Shown: positions 1 to 37,703 of the stretch, piece after piece | Position numbering within the stretch: position 1 is the first letter of the stretch | How the letters are laid out: each line of letters opens with the position of its first letter | From: Octopus sinensis | Lineage: Eukaryota | DNA: 64,000 bases | Assembly: GCF_006345805.1 (NCBI RefSeq) | Contig: NW_021836924.1 | Coordinates: forward strand, 1-64,000 | Direction: 5' to 3' | Notes under the pieces: generated by a model | The model's database searches: none | Told to the model about the DNA's origin: nothing | Seen by the model: the letters and a program-made list of their open reading frames with translations, nothing else | Translations under genes and position numbers: made by a program

Positions 1-715
1 CGCACGTGTACGAACATGAAATCGAACATATATATTCAGTATATAATAGCATTAGATAAATATATGGCGGCGGCGGTGGTAATCTCCCTTCCATTTCTCG
101 TGCCTACTGTTTCTGCTGTTTCAAACTCTTGTTGTTCGTGTTGTTGTTGCTTATGTTGCATGTTTGTTGATGTGTCCATTGTTGCTTCCTGTTTTAGTGG
201 TTGTCAATGCGGCTGTAGTCGCGTTGTTGTTGTTGTTGTTGTTGTTACTGCTGCTGCTGGTGCAGCTCCAGCTGCTTCATCTATTGTTGCCGCGTTAAAA
301 TCCCTGGTGCTGGTCAAGCGTTAAGAAAAGCATGTGCATATATGAGTGTACATAATTGTGTATAGGTGTAAGTTAGCGTGAATGTGTGTGTGTGTGTGTG
401 TGTGTGTACGTGTGTGTGTACAGTTATTAAAGTTATTAAAATGTAACAAATCGTTAGACAGAGAGTACCAGTAATTAAAAAAGGGCAGCTTTGTTACGCA
501 TACTTACATGATGACACGTGTGCCACAATTATTCCGGCCAAGTGTTACATTAGGGGTCAAGGACCTATAGCATACATGTTCAATTCAATATTAATGAAAT
601 GTTTCAGTAGTTCAGCAACTGGAGTACTCACACTCACCCGCGCAACCGACGGAGGATCCTCTTACTTAATATTTATTTTATATATATATATGTGTGTATT
701 TGTGAATACACAAGT

Positions 716-766
<51 letters not shown>

Positions 767-964
767 TATATATCATATATATATATATACACATGTATAT
801 TAATACTTACATATGAATATACATACAACTATATATTTGTGTGGATATATGTCTCTCTCTCTCTCTATATATATATATACATCTATAATATATATATTAT
901 ATTACATTATATTATATTAAATCATATCATATATATACATATATATATATATGTGATATATATA

Positions 965-1350
965 TCCTGATTCTACTTAACAAAGCACTGTTGTGCTTCT
1001 ACGTTCAAAGACCTGGATCTGGTGCAACGTTAAAAATATTGGTTCTGGGGTCGCGACAAAAAGAAAGCGCTAGTGCTGCTTCCACGTAACAAAGAAAAAC
1101 ACTGGTGCTGATTCACATTAAAACACAGGTACTGGTGCCAAGGGAAAATAAAGACACTGGTGCTGATTCTACTTAACAAAGTACTGGTGGTGCTGCTGCG
1201 TTAAAAGCCCCTGGTCCTGGTGCAACGGTAAAAGTACTGGTGCTACTGACAAGTAAAAGAAAACACTGATGTTGATGCCACGTAGAAAAGCACTGGTGCT
1301 GATGCCAGGTAAAAATAGCACTGGTGGCTGGTGCCACTTAAAAAGCACCC
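965..1350. repeat. Degenerate ~30-bp minisatellite (AAAGCACTGGTGCTGATGCCACGTAA-like)
   Basis: About 12 recurring 'cactggtgctg' units. Confidence 0.8.
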
Positions 1351-1555
1351 ATTATACACACAGTAAATTAGTTTGCGTTACGAGCATCCTAGAAGAAAAA
1401 CATGCCAAAACGGACAAGAGAGCCTAGTAGGAAACGCGGATTCCAGTGCTTGTCAAGCCATCCAACGCAGCCAGCCAGAAATCGGACGTTAACTGATGAG
1501 GATAAAAAGGATGAAGAAGACGATGATGACGATGGTGATGATAATAATAATGACA

Positions 1556-1587
<32 letters not shown>

Positions 1588-2119
1588 ATACTATATATAT
1601 ATATATATATATGTATATAAGTTTAAATCTGCCGGTGTTTTTGTGTAGATTGGTGCAGGCGTAGTGGTAGAGTGCTTTTCCATTGCAAGCCACGTTCGGC
1701 AAAGGCAAATGTCCTTCACTATAGCCTCAGGCCCACCAAGGGTTGTCAGTGGATTTGGTAAAAAGGGAATCAAACAAGCCTGTCGTATATACATACATAC
1801 ATACATACATACATACATACATACATACACATTCATACATATATATATATATGTGTTTGTGTATATATATTTATATCTACATATATCTATCTGTTCACAC
1901 ACACACACATATAAGCATGTGTGTGTATGTATATAATGTATATACATATGCATATATAACATGGTGGCTGCCCCCTCGTTATCGAGTATGGCCATTGCAC
2001 GAAGCTCAATCAATGTTGTTATCGTGCAATGCCTGTGCAAGAAAATTTTTTTAAGTGAGGAAAAGCTGTGCACTGAGTCAATCCCACACACGAAGCAACA
2101 GCAGCCATAATCCGAAAAG

Positions 2120-2510
2120 AAGAACAAGTCAACATCATCGGTAACCACTGAGCTGCAAGTTTTATGTCGGAGTTATCCCAGTTACCTGAGTTACCTTCTC
2201 CTAGAAGGTTGCCCTAACAAGGGCTAGAAGTCCTTCACTCCCAATGGTTTAACCGCGCGATCGGCTATTCAGTCCGATTATTTCTATGTTCCCGCGCATG
2301 ATACAGCCTTAAGACATTTATTAGATGGCCGTTGACTCTCAAGAGTTCCTCCGCCCTTTGACGGATTTTGTTTTTCATCCCGCAGGGTGTCCAATAAACA
2401 CCCTCCTCACCAAGCAAATTTGGTGGGGTTGCCGGTTTAGTCGCCGACGACCCGACCATGCAACAGGTTGTACTGGGTTACATGTTACCAGTCACTGACG
2501 TGACCTGACT
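2120..2510 (-). mobile_element. Interspersed repeat, probably a LINE 5' UTR; second copy at 63490-63680
   Basis: aagacatttatt(a/g)gatggccgttgactctcaagagttcctccgccc...ttacatgttaccagt is shared between 2311-2491 and 63494-63675. The LINE assignment is inference. Confidence 0.55.
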
Positions 2511-2620
2511 AACATATATACTACCAACATAACATAACATACATACATTCAGATATGAGTACAGAACGTCACCAACGGTGCAGATACCATGAAATACATA
2601 AACAACGAGAAAGATATGGA

Positions 2621-2651
<31 letters not shown>

Positions 2652-2683
2652 ATAATATATTATATAATATATATAAATATATT

Positions 2684-2744
<61 letters not shown>

Positions 2745-2765
2745 TATTTATATATGTATATATAT

Positions 2766-2801
<36 letters not shown>

Positions 2802-2802
2802 G

Positions 2803-3190
2803 CGAAGGAGTGTATGTGTGGTAAGTAGCCTGCTTATCAACCACATGGTTCTGGGTTCAGTCCCACTGCGTGGCATCTTGAGCAAGAGTTTTCTGCTATA
2901 GCCTCAGGCCGACCAAATCCTTTTTAGTGGATTTGATAGACGGAAACTGAAAGAAGGGTGTCGTTGATATATATATGTGTATATGTTTTTGTGTTTGTAT
3001 TTGTCCTCCCCACCATCGCTTAAAAACCGATGTTGGTGTGATTCGGTCCCCGAAACTTAGCGACTCGCCAAAGAGACCGATAGAATAAGTTCTAGGCTTA
3101 CAATGAATAAGTTGTGGGGTTGATTTGTTCGTCTAAAGGTGGTTCTCCAACATGACTGAAAGAAATAATAGAATAAAGATATAAAAGAAT
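2803..3190 (+). mobile_element. tRNA-derived SINE family A copy
   Basis: A-box-like gtgtggtaag, B-box-like gggttcagtccc, body shared with 10632-11045. Confidence 0.8.
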
Positions 3191-3319
3191 GTACATATAC
3201 ATACATACATATATATATATATGTATAAATTTATATATATATATTCTTATATATATATATGTATTTTTATAACTGTCTATGTATGTATATATATATATGT
3301 ATATATATATATATAGGTG

Positions 3320-3350
<31 letters not shown>

Positions 3351-3394
3351 ACCTATGCATACACACATATATATATACATATGTATGCATATAT

Positions 3395-3428
<34 letters not shown>

Positions 3429-3464
3429 ATATATATATATACACACTATATATTATGTATATGT

Positions 3465-3995
3465 TTCTTGAAAGTAGTGGTTTTCTGATTACAACCCTCC
3501 CGTGAAATCCGGCTTTGTGCAGCTCCCAGCGAACAGTTTTTGTGGAAACTGTGTTCTCGAAGTGGTCATTAAGCTCTGCAGTAATTTTGGGAGCTGTACT
3601 TTTGTGATCCTTTCTAAAAATTCGCGTAAGAGCTCGACGGTCCGTATCTGAAAGTTTTGGTTTTCTTCTGGAGTTTTGTTTCAACGAGGAGGTTTTTTTT
3701 CCTCTTTCTCAAAGGATGTAATTACTTTCGAAACAGTACTTCTTGATACACCAAACATATCAGCTGTTTTCGTTACACTAGCGTCTGCCATACGAGCACG
3801 GACAATTTGGCCTCTTTGAAAGTTCGATAGATCCTGTCATTGTAATGAATTTTAATTAACTTTTTCTGATGATATCTGAAAAGAAACAGCAATTTTAGCA
3901 GAACATGTTAAGCAACACTAATAATAAATAAAAAAAAAAAACATAAAAATGAACAAGCTTTTCAAGGCGTTTCCTTTATTTTGTCCAACCCCGAT
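3465..3995 (-). mobile_element. Tc1-family DNA transposon 5' fragment (TIR + paired/homeo HTH region)
   Basis: Minus strand begins with a Tc1-like TIR (GGGGTTGGACAAAATAAAGGAAAC). It encodes DLSNFQRGQIV..GVSRSTVSKV and RKPKLSDTDRRALTRIFRKDHKSTAPKI..VSTKTVRWELHKAGFHGRV..RKPLLS, and is truncated before the DDE domain. Confidence 0.85.
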
Positions 3996-4819
3996 ATATG
4001 TCATATCAAATCCCACTTCGGTCGTGAATGACCATATGATTCCACCTAGAGAGTTCCTCTCCGAGGGACAAATCCAAGCAAGGGTGTTTATGGAAGACCT
4101 GAAGTCGCCCATGCATATCAGCCTCTCGTCTTCACGTCACCGATGTTATCCCAGAGAAAGACAAAGACTGATGAAGCTTGACACCTGTGACGTCACAACT
4201 CATTTGTTCAGCTGAAGGACCGGGAAATGAACTCTCTACCACATGATTGTGAGCCCGACAACAGATACATTCATTCAACCAGTATTGACTGTATACGCAC
4301 GTGTACGAACATGAAATCGAACATATACATTCAGTATATAATAGCATTAGATAAATATATGGCGGCGGCGGTGGTAATCTCCCTTCATCTTCTCATGCCT
4401 ATTGTTTCTGCTGTTTCAAACTCTTGTTGTTCGTGTTGTTGCTTATGTTGCGTGTTTGTTGATGTGTCCATTGTTGCTTCCTGTTTTAGTGGTTGTTAAT
4501 GCGGCTGTAGTCGCGTTGTTGTTGTTGTCGTTGATTATCTTAGGTTCTATGTGCGTTTATGTAGATAGGTATGCATATGTATGTGTACATAATCACACAC
4601 ACACACACAGATAGATATATGTATATATCTACATATACATATGTGTATATATATATATATATAATATATATAATATATAATATATAATATATATATATAT
4701 ATATATACATTATATATATCATACATATGTATATATATATGTGTGTGTAATATGTTTTTGTTGTCTTTGATTATCTTAGGTTCTCTTTGACAGACGAATT
4801 TGAAGTCATTGTTGATGCT

Positions 4820-5175
4820 GTATCAGTTGTTGTTGTTATTGATGATAATGATGATGATGATGATGATGATGTTGATGATGACGACGATAATGGCAATGGT
4901 GATGGTAATGATAAAGATTGATGAGAACAGATGACGATAATGATGCTGATGATGATAACAGCGACGATGTTCGTGACGATGAGTTTGACGATTTTGACGA
5001 TGACGATAAACGATGATGATAATAATGATGATGATGATCAAGAGGAGAATGATAATAATAATGACCTGGACGATCATGGTGATAACGATAGGGTTGACGA
5101 TGAAGGTGATGATGATGATAATTATGACGATCATGATGATAATTAGGACGATCATGATGATAATTATGACGATCA

Positions 5176-5207
<32 letters not shown>

Positions 5208-5262
5208 GTAGTGGTGGTAACGAGGGAGAGGGAGAGAAGTTGAACAGTAATGGTAGTGATGA

Positions 5263-5322
<60 letters not shown>

Positions 5323-5330
5323 CGATGATA

Positions 5331-5387
<57 letters not shown>

Positions 5388-5590
5388 TTGATGACGATGA
5401 TGAAGATGACGATGGTGCTGATAATGCTGACGATGGTAGTGAGGAAAATTGTGGGGATAACGATGATAGTGGTGGTGGTCGTCGTCGTCGTGGGGGAATG
5501 ATGGTGATGATGATAATGATGATGATGATGGTGATAATAACGATAATGACGTTGCTGTTGTTGCTGTTGTTGTTGTTGTTGATCATCTGA
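4820..5590. repeat. Compound (GAT)n/(GTT)n trinucleotide microsatellite
   Basis: Directly visible; source of the poly-D/M/I/S ORFs. Confidence 0.95.
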
Positions 5591-5811
5591 TAATGCTGTG
5601 AACGTAATAGTAGTTGTTAATGTTCATTTTGTTAGTGTTGCTCTTTAAGATGGTGAATGGCGGCGGCGTCACGAGAGTTTTGTTTTCCTTCCTTGAAATA
5701 AACTTTAAACTTTATAATAGTAATGCGGCTATGATTGTATGTATGCCTGTATATATGACTGATCTTCTTATGAACCTTCTCTATATATATAATACATACA
5801 TACATACGTGC

Positions 5812-5878
<67 letters not shown>

Positions 5879-5986
5879 ATATATATACGGTTAGTAATTG
5901 AGATTCTAGTGATTCTAAAGAATTCACATGAATATGGTCCTTAACTAGGATGCACCGGAAATCTTTTTTTTTTTTTCCTATTTATA

Positions 5987-6034
<48 letters not shown>

Positions 6035-6321
6035 AATATATAATATTATACATATTTATATATGTAAGATAAATATATTAAGTATATACTATCTGGATGT
6101 GTGTGTATATATATATGTATATATATATATGTGTGTGAATGTGTTATACAGATGTCCCATAACAAGGTAACATATAGGGATTAATATATAATACTAAGTG
6201 ACACATCTTCTATGCTGCACTCTATATAATATATTACTATGTATAGGCTGAAAATACAAGTGCGTGTATGTATGTAGGTATACATATATGCATATATTTT
6301 ATATAATCTATATATATTATA

Positions 6322-6357
<36 letters not shown>

Positions 6358-6578
6358 CATATATATTTACATATGGTATATATGTATATTATAATATATG
6401 TTTATATGGTCTATAAATATATATGTGCACATATAACATATATTTGTATATATATGTTTATATATGCATATGTATTTATATATGTATGTATATATTATAT
6501 ATATCACATATATCAACATATAAATATGTATATATATGATATATTAATATAATATAATGTAATATAATATATATTATA

Positions 6579-6617
<39 letters not shown>

Positions 6618-6688
6618 GATATAGAGAGACATATATCCACACAAATATATAGTTGTATTTATATTCATATGTAAGTATTAATATACAA

Positions 6689-6724
<36 letters not shown>

Positions 6725-6731
<7 letters not shown>

Positions 6732-7715
6732 CGTAAAAGGTGAAAAAACTACAGAATACTTAAATGTTAAAAAATATATATATTTGCGTCAATATGTCTG
6801 AAAGAATATTAAAAAAAAAATTTTTTAATTTTTTTCTCTTATAATGACATAATTACGAAGAAAGACCGGTTTCGCATTTAGCTTTTCAAATTTCTTGCGA
6901 CGTTATGTTTTTATGCATAGAGTTTGTTCAGGAGTTTCTAATTAGGGGAGGTAGTGAGTGATTTCTTCCGTGTAAGGGAGATAATCGCTTAAAAAATTTT
7001 TTCTTTCTTTCCTTGGTGTGAATTTCTTTCTCAGTATGTTTCGGATGGTTGAGTTTGGGCTTGTACTTTTCAATGAAGAATGTTTCTTTGTTTAATCTAA
7101 TTTGTGTGATGATCCGATAGCACATTGGTAAAATGGAAAGATTAAATTGTGGCAGTCGTTCTTTGCGCATTTCTTAATGTGCTCACTAAAAGGTATCATT
7201 CTGTACTCTGGGAATGCAATCTGTTGTCGATGCAGTGTGCATCTACGTCTGAGTGATAGTCCCGTGGACCCCACGTAGTCTTGATGGCAGCCCAGCATTT
7301 TATGACATAAATTTATGTTTTCAGAGGCACAAGTAAAGTTAGATTTGATCTTGAATTTCTGTCCCTCTTAAAGAGGATTCTGATCCTTCTAGCAGGTTTG
7401 GACATGTTGCACAGTTCGATCTGCCACATTTTTTTACTGTTGCATCCGTAATTTTCAGAAGACAATTTTGCCTTTGTGAGAATCTTTTTAAGTGATTTTG
7501 GTGTTTGTAGCTTTTAATGATTTGGTGAATGTTTAGAATTTCCTTTAATTTGGGGTCTTTATGAAGTATTGGTAAATTCTGGGTGATGATGGTGAAGGCT
7601 TCTTTGTTTCTGGGGTTGTATTATATGTAAGGTAGTATTTTCGGGGGAGGGTTGTTGTGTGTTGAACTTTTCTTAAAGTTTCTATGTTGATTTCTGTTGC
7701 ATGTCTGATCCCATC
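6725..7715 (-). mobile_element. Penelope-like retroelement 3' fragment (GIY-YIG endonuclease + pseudo-LTR)
   Basis: Frameshifted CRSNCATC, GCHQDYVGSTGLSLRRRCTLHRQQI..FSEHIKKC and RLNKETFFIEKYKPKLN are typical of the PLE GIY-YIG C-terminus. A hammerhead-like motif lies at 6858-6896. Confidence 0.85.
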
Positions 7716-8053
7716 CTATATATATATATATATATACAGAAACTTGTGTATTCACAAATACACACATATATATAGGAACGGAAGCAAATATAGAAATATG
7801 AATATCTTTGTGTGTTTCATGTGCGTATGTTTGTGTGTAAGTCAAATAAGTGTGTATGTGTTTTGTGTTGTGTGTGTGGTTCTGTATCTGTGTGCAAGCA
7901 AATACACATACAATGTTTTCTTCTTTGTTTGGCTTCCCACTAAATTTAATCTTTCGTTTTCGAAAGTGAAATACTTAGACAGCTTAAACAATAAACACGT
8001 CTCCATCTTTGGACAGTTTTGTAAGCAATGGAGGAGATAGCTGGCTAGAAAGA

Positions 8054-8130
<77 letters not shown>

Positions 8131-9339
8131 TCATATATATAGATATATAGATTCAAAAATGAGAGACTGATAAACCAAAGAAGAGAAGATATAGAAGCTA
8201 TTGAGCGTGGTAAAAATTGTAAAGGGGTGAGCAAACCATGACATAGATTTATATAAATTGACCGATAGACGAATGAATGTATAAATAATGTTTGGATGTG
8301 CTGTACTGGAGTTCTAGCGTAACTAGCAGCTAAAAGAAACCGAATACCACCTTATTATTTTGGAGGAGTGAAATTGCGTGGCTGAGTTGTTAAGGCGATG
8401 TACTCACGATCGCAAAATTGTGGCTTAAATTTCCGGACCGGGCTGTGCGTTGTACTCTTCTGTAAGAGATTTCATTTCATGCTGTCTGAATCCATTCAGC
8501 TGTAAGCGGGTAATCTTGCTACCGACTGGGGTCAGTGCTGTGACCTTGGTCCATTTACGCCGTGGAAACCGGGTTACCTGCTCTGTGAACCGTAAGACTC
8601 GTATTATGTTTAGGAGTTGTCAAGTTTATCTACATTAATATGTTACCATCTTGTATATTGCAGTCTAAATTATCCACGTGATGGTTATGACTGGATCGCT
8701 TATGATCAAAAGTCGTGTTACTCAGGGTTAACCGGATGTCTAGTGTGGTAGTTCAATGAAAGTTAAGAGGCAAAGACTACTTCAGCAGAATTTGAACTCA
8801 GAACGTAAACACGGACGAAATGCCACAAATCAGTTTGCCCGGTGTGCTAACGATTCTTCCAGGTCACTGCCCTATCGTACACGCTTTATAATATTTCCAC
8901 TTGTCACTCCGTTACTTAGCCCATCCGTAACGCTTTCGCGTGATTAGTTGAAGGGAGGCGGATGCGGGTGGGGAAAGAGAGGGGAGGTGCAGGTGGTTGT
9001 AAGTGAAATGTGTATTTTTTTAACTAAGATTTTTTTCTTTCATTACTTAGCCTTTCACGTGATTAGTTGAAGGGAAAGGTGAAGAACGAAAGAAAAACGA
9101 GAGTGAAAAATACGCTAAGACGAAGAGTGAGAGAGAAAGAGGGAGAGTGTTGTGAAATAAGTCTATAAAATTGTACATAAATTATATAAAGTCCATCAAA
9201 TAATCATCGCATTACAATTTCCTTCACTTTTTAATGATTAGCAGTTGAGCGACTGCTTGTACATATATGTGTGCATGTAGGTGTGCGTTTGTGTGAGTGT
9301 ATAAGTGAGTGCGCGCATGTTAGTTTCCACATCACGTGA

Positions 9340-9670
9340 CAGGTGGTACTGGTGGAAGCACTCCGTCGGTTACGACGACGAGGGTTCCGGTTGATCCGAT
9401 CAACGGAACAGCCTGCTCGTGAAATTAACGTGTAAGTGGCTGAGCACTCCACAGACACGTGTACCCTTAACGTAGTTCTCGGGGATATTCAGCGTGACAC
9501 AGAGAGTGACAAGGCCGGCCCTTTGAAATACAGGTACAACAGAAACAGGAAGAAAGAGTGAGAGAAAGTTGCGATGAAAGAGTACAGCAGGGATCACCAC
9601 CATCCCCTGCCGGAGCCTCGTGGAGCTTTTACTGTTTTCACTCAATAAACACTCACAACGCCCGGTTGTG
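9340..9670 (-). mobile_element. SINE fragments (family C head + family D tail)
   Basis: Reverse complement matches 45560-45730 and 48520-48640. Confidence 0.7.
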
Positions 9671-10088
9671 ATTGGCTCGATTAAACTCTTCGAGTGGGTG
9701 CTACGGCATGGCCCCAGTATGGCTGCTATCCAATGACTGTAGCCAGTAAAATATAGTTTAATCGTTTAATTCCTTTTTGAGTTGCTTTCGTGTCAGTACG
9801 ATGGAACCATCAAATACTGTTCACACAGTTGAACAAAACAACAAAACACTTTTTTCTCTTTTACTTCTTTCAGCCTTTGAACTGCGGCTATGCTGGAGCA
9901 CCGCTTTGAGGGGTATTAGTCGAATAAATCGACTTCGGAATTTTTGTTTTCTTTTTTATTCTTAAGTTTGATACCAAATCTATTGGTATCTTTATTGCTG
10001 AATTGCTAAGGTACGAAAACAAACCAATAGCGATTGTTAAGGGGTGGTGAGAAAACAAACACTAAGACACACACAAATACACACACAA

Positions 10089-10134
<46 letters not shown>

Positions 10135-10138
10135 CACA

Positions 10139-10184
<46 letters not shown>

Positions 10185-10631
10185 TAGTGGTGGTCTGCTC
10201 TTTGGAAGGTCCTGCGCATATGGACCTTCTCCAGCACTGTCTGTGTAATCTGGGAGGGCCCATTTCCCCTGTGCCATCGTTAAGTAGATTACTGGAGCCT
10301 CGGCGACCATGACCAGACTTGGAAATAATATTGGAGCAGTTTTCCGTTGTCTTCTTCAGGCAGGTAGGATTTGAACACATAATGTAGAGAGTCGGAAGAC
10401 ATACCGTAAAGCATTTCTGTCGACATCCAACGATTCTGCTTCTCTCCCACTCGCAGAGCAACGTGAAATGAAATGTTTTGCTGAAGAACACAACGCGTCG
10501 CCTAGTCTGGGAATCGAACCCACGATCTAGCGAGTACAATCTCATGATCACTATTCCACATGCCTTACAGATATGCAAGGTATCCCAAAAGTGACTGATA
10601 GGCTTCAAGTTTTAATAACTTCCTTATTATA

Positions 10632-11045
10632 GGCTTAGGAGTGGCTGTGTGGTAAGTAGTTTGCTTACGAACCACATTGTTCCGGGTTCAGTTCCACTGC
10701 GTGGCACCTTGGGCAAGTGTCTTCTACTATAGCCTCGGGCCGACCAAAGCCTTGTGAGTGGATTTGGTAGACGGAAACTGAAAGAAGCCCGTCGTATATA
10801 TGTATATATATAGATATATATGTATGTGTATGTATATGTTTGTGTGTCTGTGTTTGTCCCCCCAAACATCGCTTGACAACCGATGCTGGTGTGCTTACGT
10901 CCTCGTCACTTAGCGGGTCGGCAAAAGACACCGATAGAATAAGTGCTAGGCTTACAAAGAATAAGTCCTGGGGTCGAGTTGCTCGACTAAAGGCGGTGCT
11001 CCAGCATGGCCGCAGTCAAATGACTGTAACAAGTAAAAGAGTAAC
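10632..11045 (+). mobile_element. tRNA-derived SINE family A, full length
   Basis: ggagtggctgtgtggtaag...gggttcagttccactgcgtggcaccttgggcaag...tgactgtaacaagtaaaagagtaa; at least 8 related copies in the window. Confidence 0.9.
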
Positions 11046-12391
11046 TCTTCAAATAAAGTTTGATACAATATAAAGGACATAATGGATAATAATATGCACA
11101 AGTCAAATTTTGCAGCACCACTACACCGACATGGCAGCCATTTTCAGCTCTTTCCAAAAGACCCTCAAGAGTTTCAGACTCCACTTCTTTGATTTCTCTA
11201 TTGATGTTCTCCTTCAGTTACACCAGAGTCTCTGATTTGTTGACGTAAACACTCTATAAACCCTTTATTTGTAAAGCGAAGGAAGTTATTAAAACTTGAA
11301 GCCCACCAGTCACATTGTTTCCGTTTAAGCAAATTCATTCACAAGCCACTTGTCGGTCTCGGGTTTATAGTACAAGACTCGGCCAAGGTGCCGTGCCGTA
11401 AGACTGAACCCCGAAAATACATGACTGCAAAGCGAGCCACTTATCTCCACAGCTATGTCTGCGACTCTCACTCTCCGCCTACTCTCCCCCTCTCTCTCTC
11501 TCTCTCATATCACCGTGACCGAGCAGACCATCGCATTGTTTTAGCCTTCGAATGACGCCACCCCGCTGGCTAAGCGATCAGGCCAACAAAAGAAAGAGTG
11601 GGAGAAAGAGTGGTGAAAGAGTACAGCAGGGATCGCCACCACCACCCTACGACCGCGAGTCCGCTGCCCTAACCACTGGGCCATTGCGCCTCCTATATAT
11701 ATATATTAAGGTATGTAGGAAAATACAACATGGACAAGAACGTATAACTCTTAGAAGACGACACAATAAACATGGACAGGACATTCGAACCCCTCAGTCT
11801 TCAGTCAAGAACCGGATCATCGTAGTAATTTCGGCTGATTAATCTTGAGATTACTAGATCACGGCCAGCCCTCCAAGAAAAACTAAGCAACGAGCATTAG
11901 AAAAACTAAGCTGGAAGCGTAGATTTCCTGGAAGAAGGATCGAATGCATACGAAACACAGGACAGCAAAAGGGACAGATATAAAAAAAAAACAAAAAAAA
12001 AAACAATAATGGAATACAGAAACATGAAATACAGAAGCATTAACGGTGAAAACAACAAGTGTCTTACGACTGATAACAAGCAAACAAATTTTTTCTCTGG
12101 CGCATTGGAAGAAGCCTTTATAGCGGCGGACGAAAAACAACGATGTTAACACGACGAGGGTCAGGAGCTGAAAGGCAGATTTCGGCCAACAGTCACGTGA
12201 CAGAGAAGGGAAAGAAAAGAAAGAGAAGCAAAGGAAGAGAGAGAGAAGGAGGGACAAAACGCAACAAAGAGAGAGAAGAGAGAGAAAGAAGGGATCAGAG
12301 AGGAGAAGGGATGGGTGTCGAGAAATGACCTGTGAGTGCAGAGCGAGACAAAGAAATAGGAGGGTAAAGAGAAGAGAGAAAGAGGATGAGT

Positions 12392-12424
<33 letters not shown>

Positions 12425-12601
12425 GGGGACAGATCAAGTAAAAATGAGAGAGAGAGAGACAAAAAGAGAGTCGTACCAATTATTAAGAATATGTGCTCAC
12501 ATTAATGATAAGGGGGGTACGGGATATATATATATATATATTGTGTGTGTGTGTGTGTGTGTGTGTGTATACACGCACACACACACACACACACACACAT
12601 A

Positions 12602-12717
12602 AATATTTAGCAGAAGTAACAGAGCAACTGAAGGTCCGAGAGAGTTTCGTGTGTTGCCACCTGGCAATACACGGAACTCTCGGACCTTGAGTCACTCTGT
12701 TACCTCTGCTAAATATT
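12602..12717. repeat. ~115-bp near-perfect palindrome (hairpin/MITE-like)
   Basis: aatatttagcagaagtaacagag...tgttgcca-cc-tggcaataca...ctctgttacctctgctaaatatt. Confidence 0.85.
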
Positions 12718-13180
12718 AATGAAAATATACATGAACTTATTTTTTGAGATCTATTTTTCCTGTTTGCAGTAACATACCTGATGTGTGTGAGCGTGTGCGT
12801 GTGTATGTGTGTGTGTGGTGTGTGGCGCGCGCGCGTATGTATATATGTAATATATATATATTATATATATATGTGTGTGTGGTGTGTGTGTGTGTGTATG
12901 GAATTTCAACTGTGTTTCGTGGTCTGCTACAACAACAGCTCCTTTATAGGATCCCGTTAGCTCAAAACATCATCACGAGGAACCAAGTCCGGTTTCGACC
13001 CCTACTCCTCTACCGTTTTGACGTGGGACCCCCCCCCCTTTCGGAGGTGTCTTCAGCTCTGGTGTTGGGTGCATGTCTTCTTTCTTCATTCTTCTGTTCT
13101 CTGACCTCTTCGATGTAGCGCCAACGAGTGTCAGCGGGCGACTGGCTGACATACAGAATTCCGCAATAAATACGCAATAG

Positions 13181-13866
13181 CATCATCATCATCATCATCA
13201 TTGTTCGACCGTGGTCGAGACAATGGAATTTACCATGCTACGCCAGACTTCACTGTCCATCATGGCATTACGAAGGTCCTGTTGCTGGATGCCTGTATCC
13301 CTGGAGATGACATCAGGGTAGGAGAGTGTGCGCCCTCTGGCATTGCGAGTAGATGGCTTCCAGAGGAGAAGAGTAGAAATTGCCTTGTTTTCAGCTCTAC
13401 GGCAATGTCCAGCAATCTGGACTCTCCTACGTTTCACAAGAGATGACACAGATGGTAGTTTCCCATATATTTGCATTTTGGTTGGATGACACTTCCACGA
13501 GAGATTTTGAGCTCTCATAAGGAGGCGAGTGTAGGTTCCATCCAACCGCCTCTCAAGCTTCTTTGATAACGTCCAGGTTTCTGAGCCATATAGTAGAATT
13601 GGTTCGACCGTGGCTTTAAAGATTTCAAGTTTGAAGTCTCTACTTAGATTTGATGACCAGATCATGACAGGCTGACCAGGCCATACTCTTTCTAGTTAGA
13701 AAATCTTTTCCAGATGATGATATGTATGACCCAAGATATTTGTAATCAGAAACCATATTTAAAGGCGCATTGTTGAGAGTATGGATGATGCAATCACTGT
13801 TGGACAGGCACTTGTTTATATATTCAGTCTTGGCCTCACCCAACTTGGCTATAGCACCCAACTTCA
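13181..13866 (-). mobile_element. RTE-clade LINE 3' fragment (RT C-terminus, (TGA)n tail)
   Basis: YKYLGSYI...AWSAC and FKATVEPILLYGSETWTL..ERRLDGTYTRLLMRA..SW; ends in a tgatgatga tail. Confidence 0.85.
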
Positions 13867-13983
13867 AACAACATTAACAACAACAACAACGACGACAACA
13901 ACAGCAACAACAACAACTACTACTAATTAATACGACGACGACAACGACGACGCAAAAATAACAGTTCTACGAAATTTGCTTGT

Positions 13984-37703
<23,720 letters not shown>

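Noticed and set aside
965-1350. Regularly spaced ~30-bp repeats resembling a CRISPR array
   Set aside because: Units are contiguous and degenerate with no unique spacers; eukaryotic minisatellite and no cas genes.
4823-5590. Poly-Asp/Met/Ser ORFs suggesting an acidic biomineral protein
   Set aside because: Pure (GAT)n microsatellite open in several frames; no splice or signal-peptide support.
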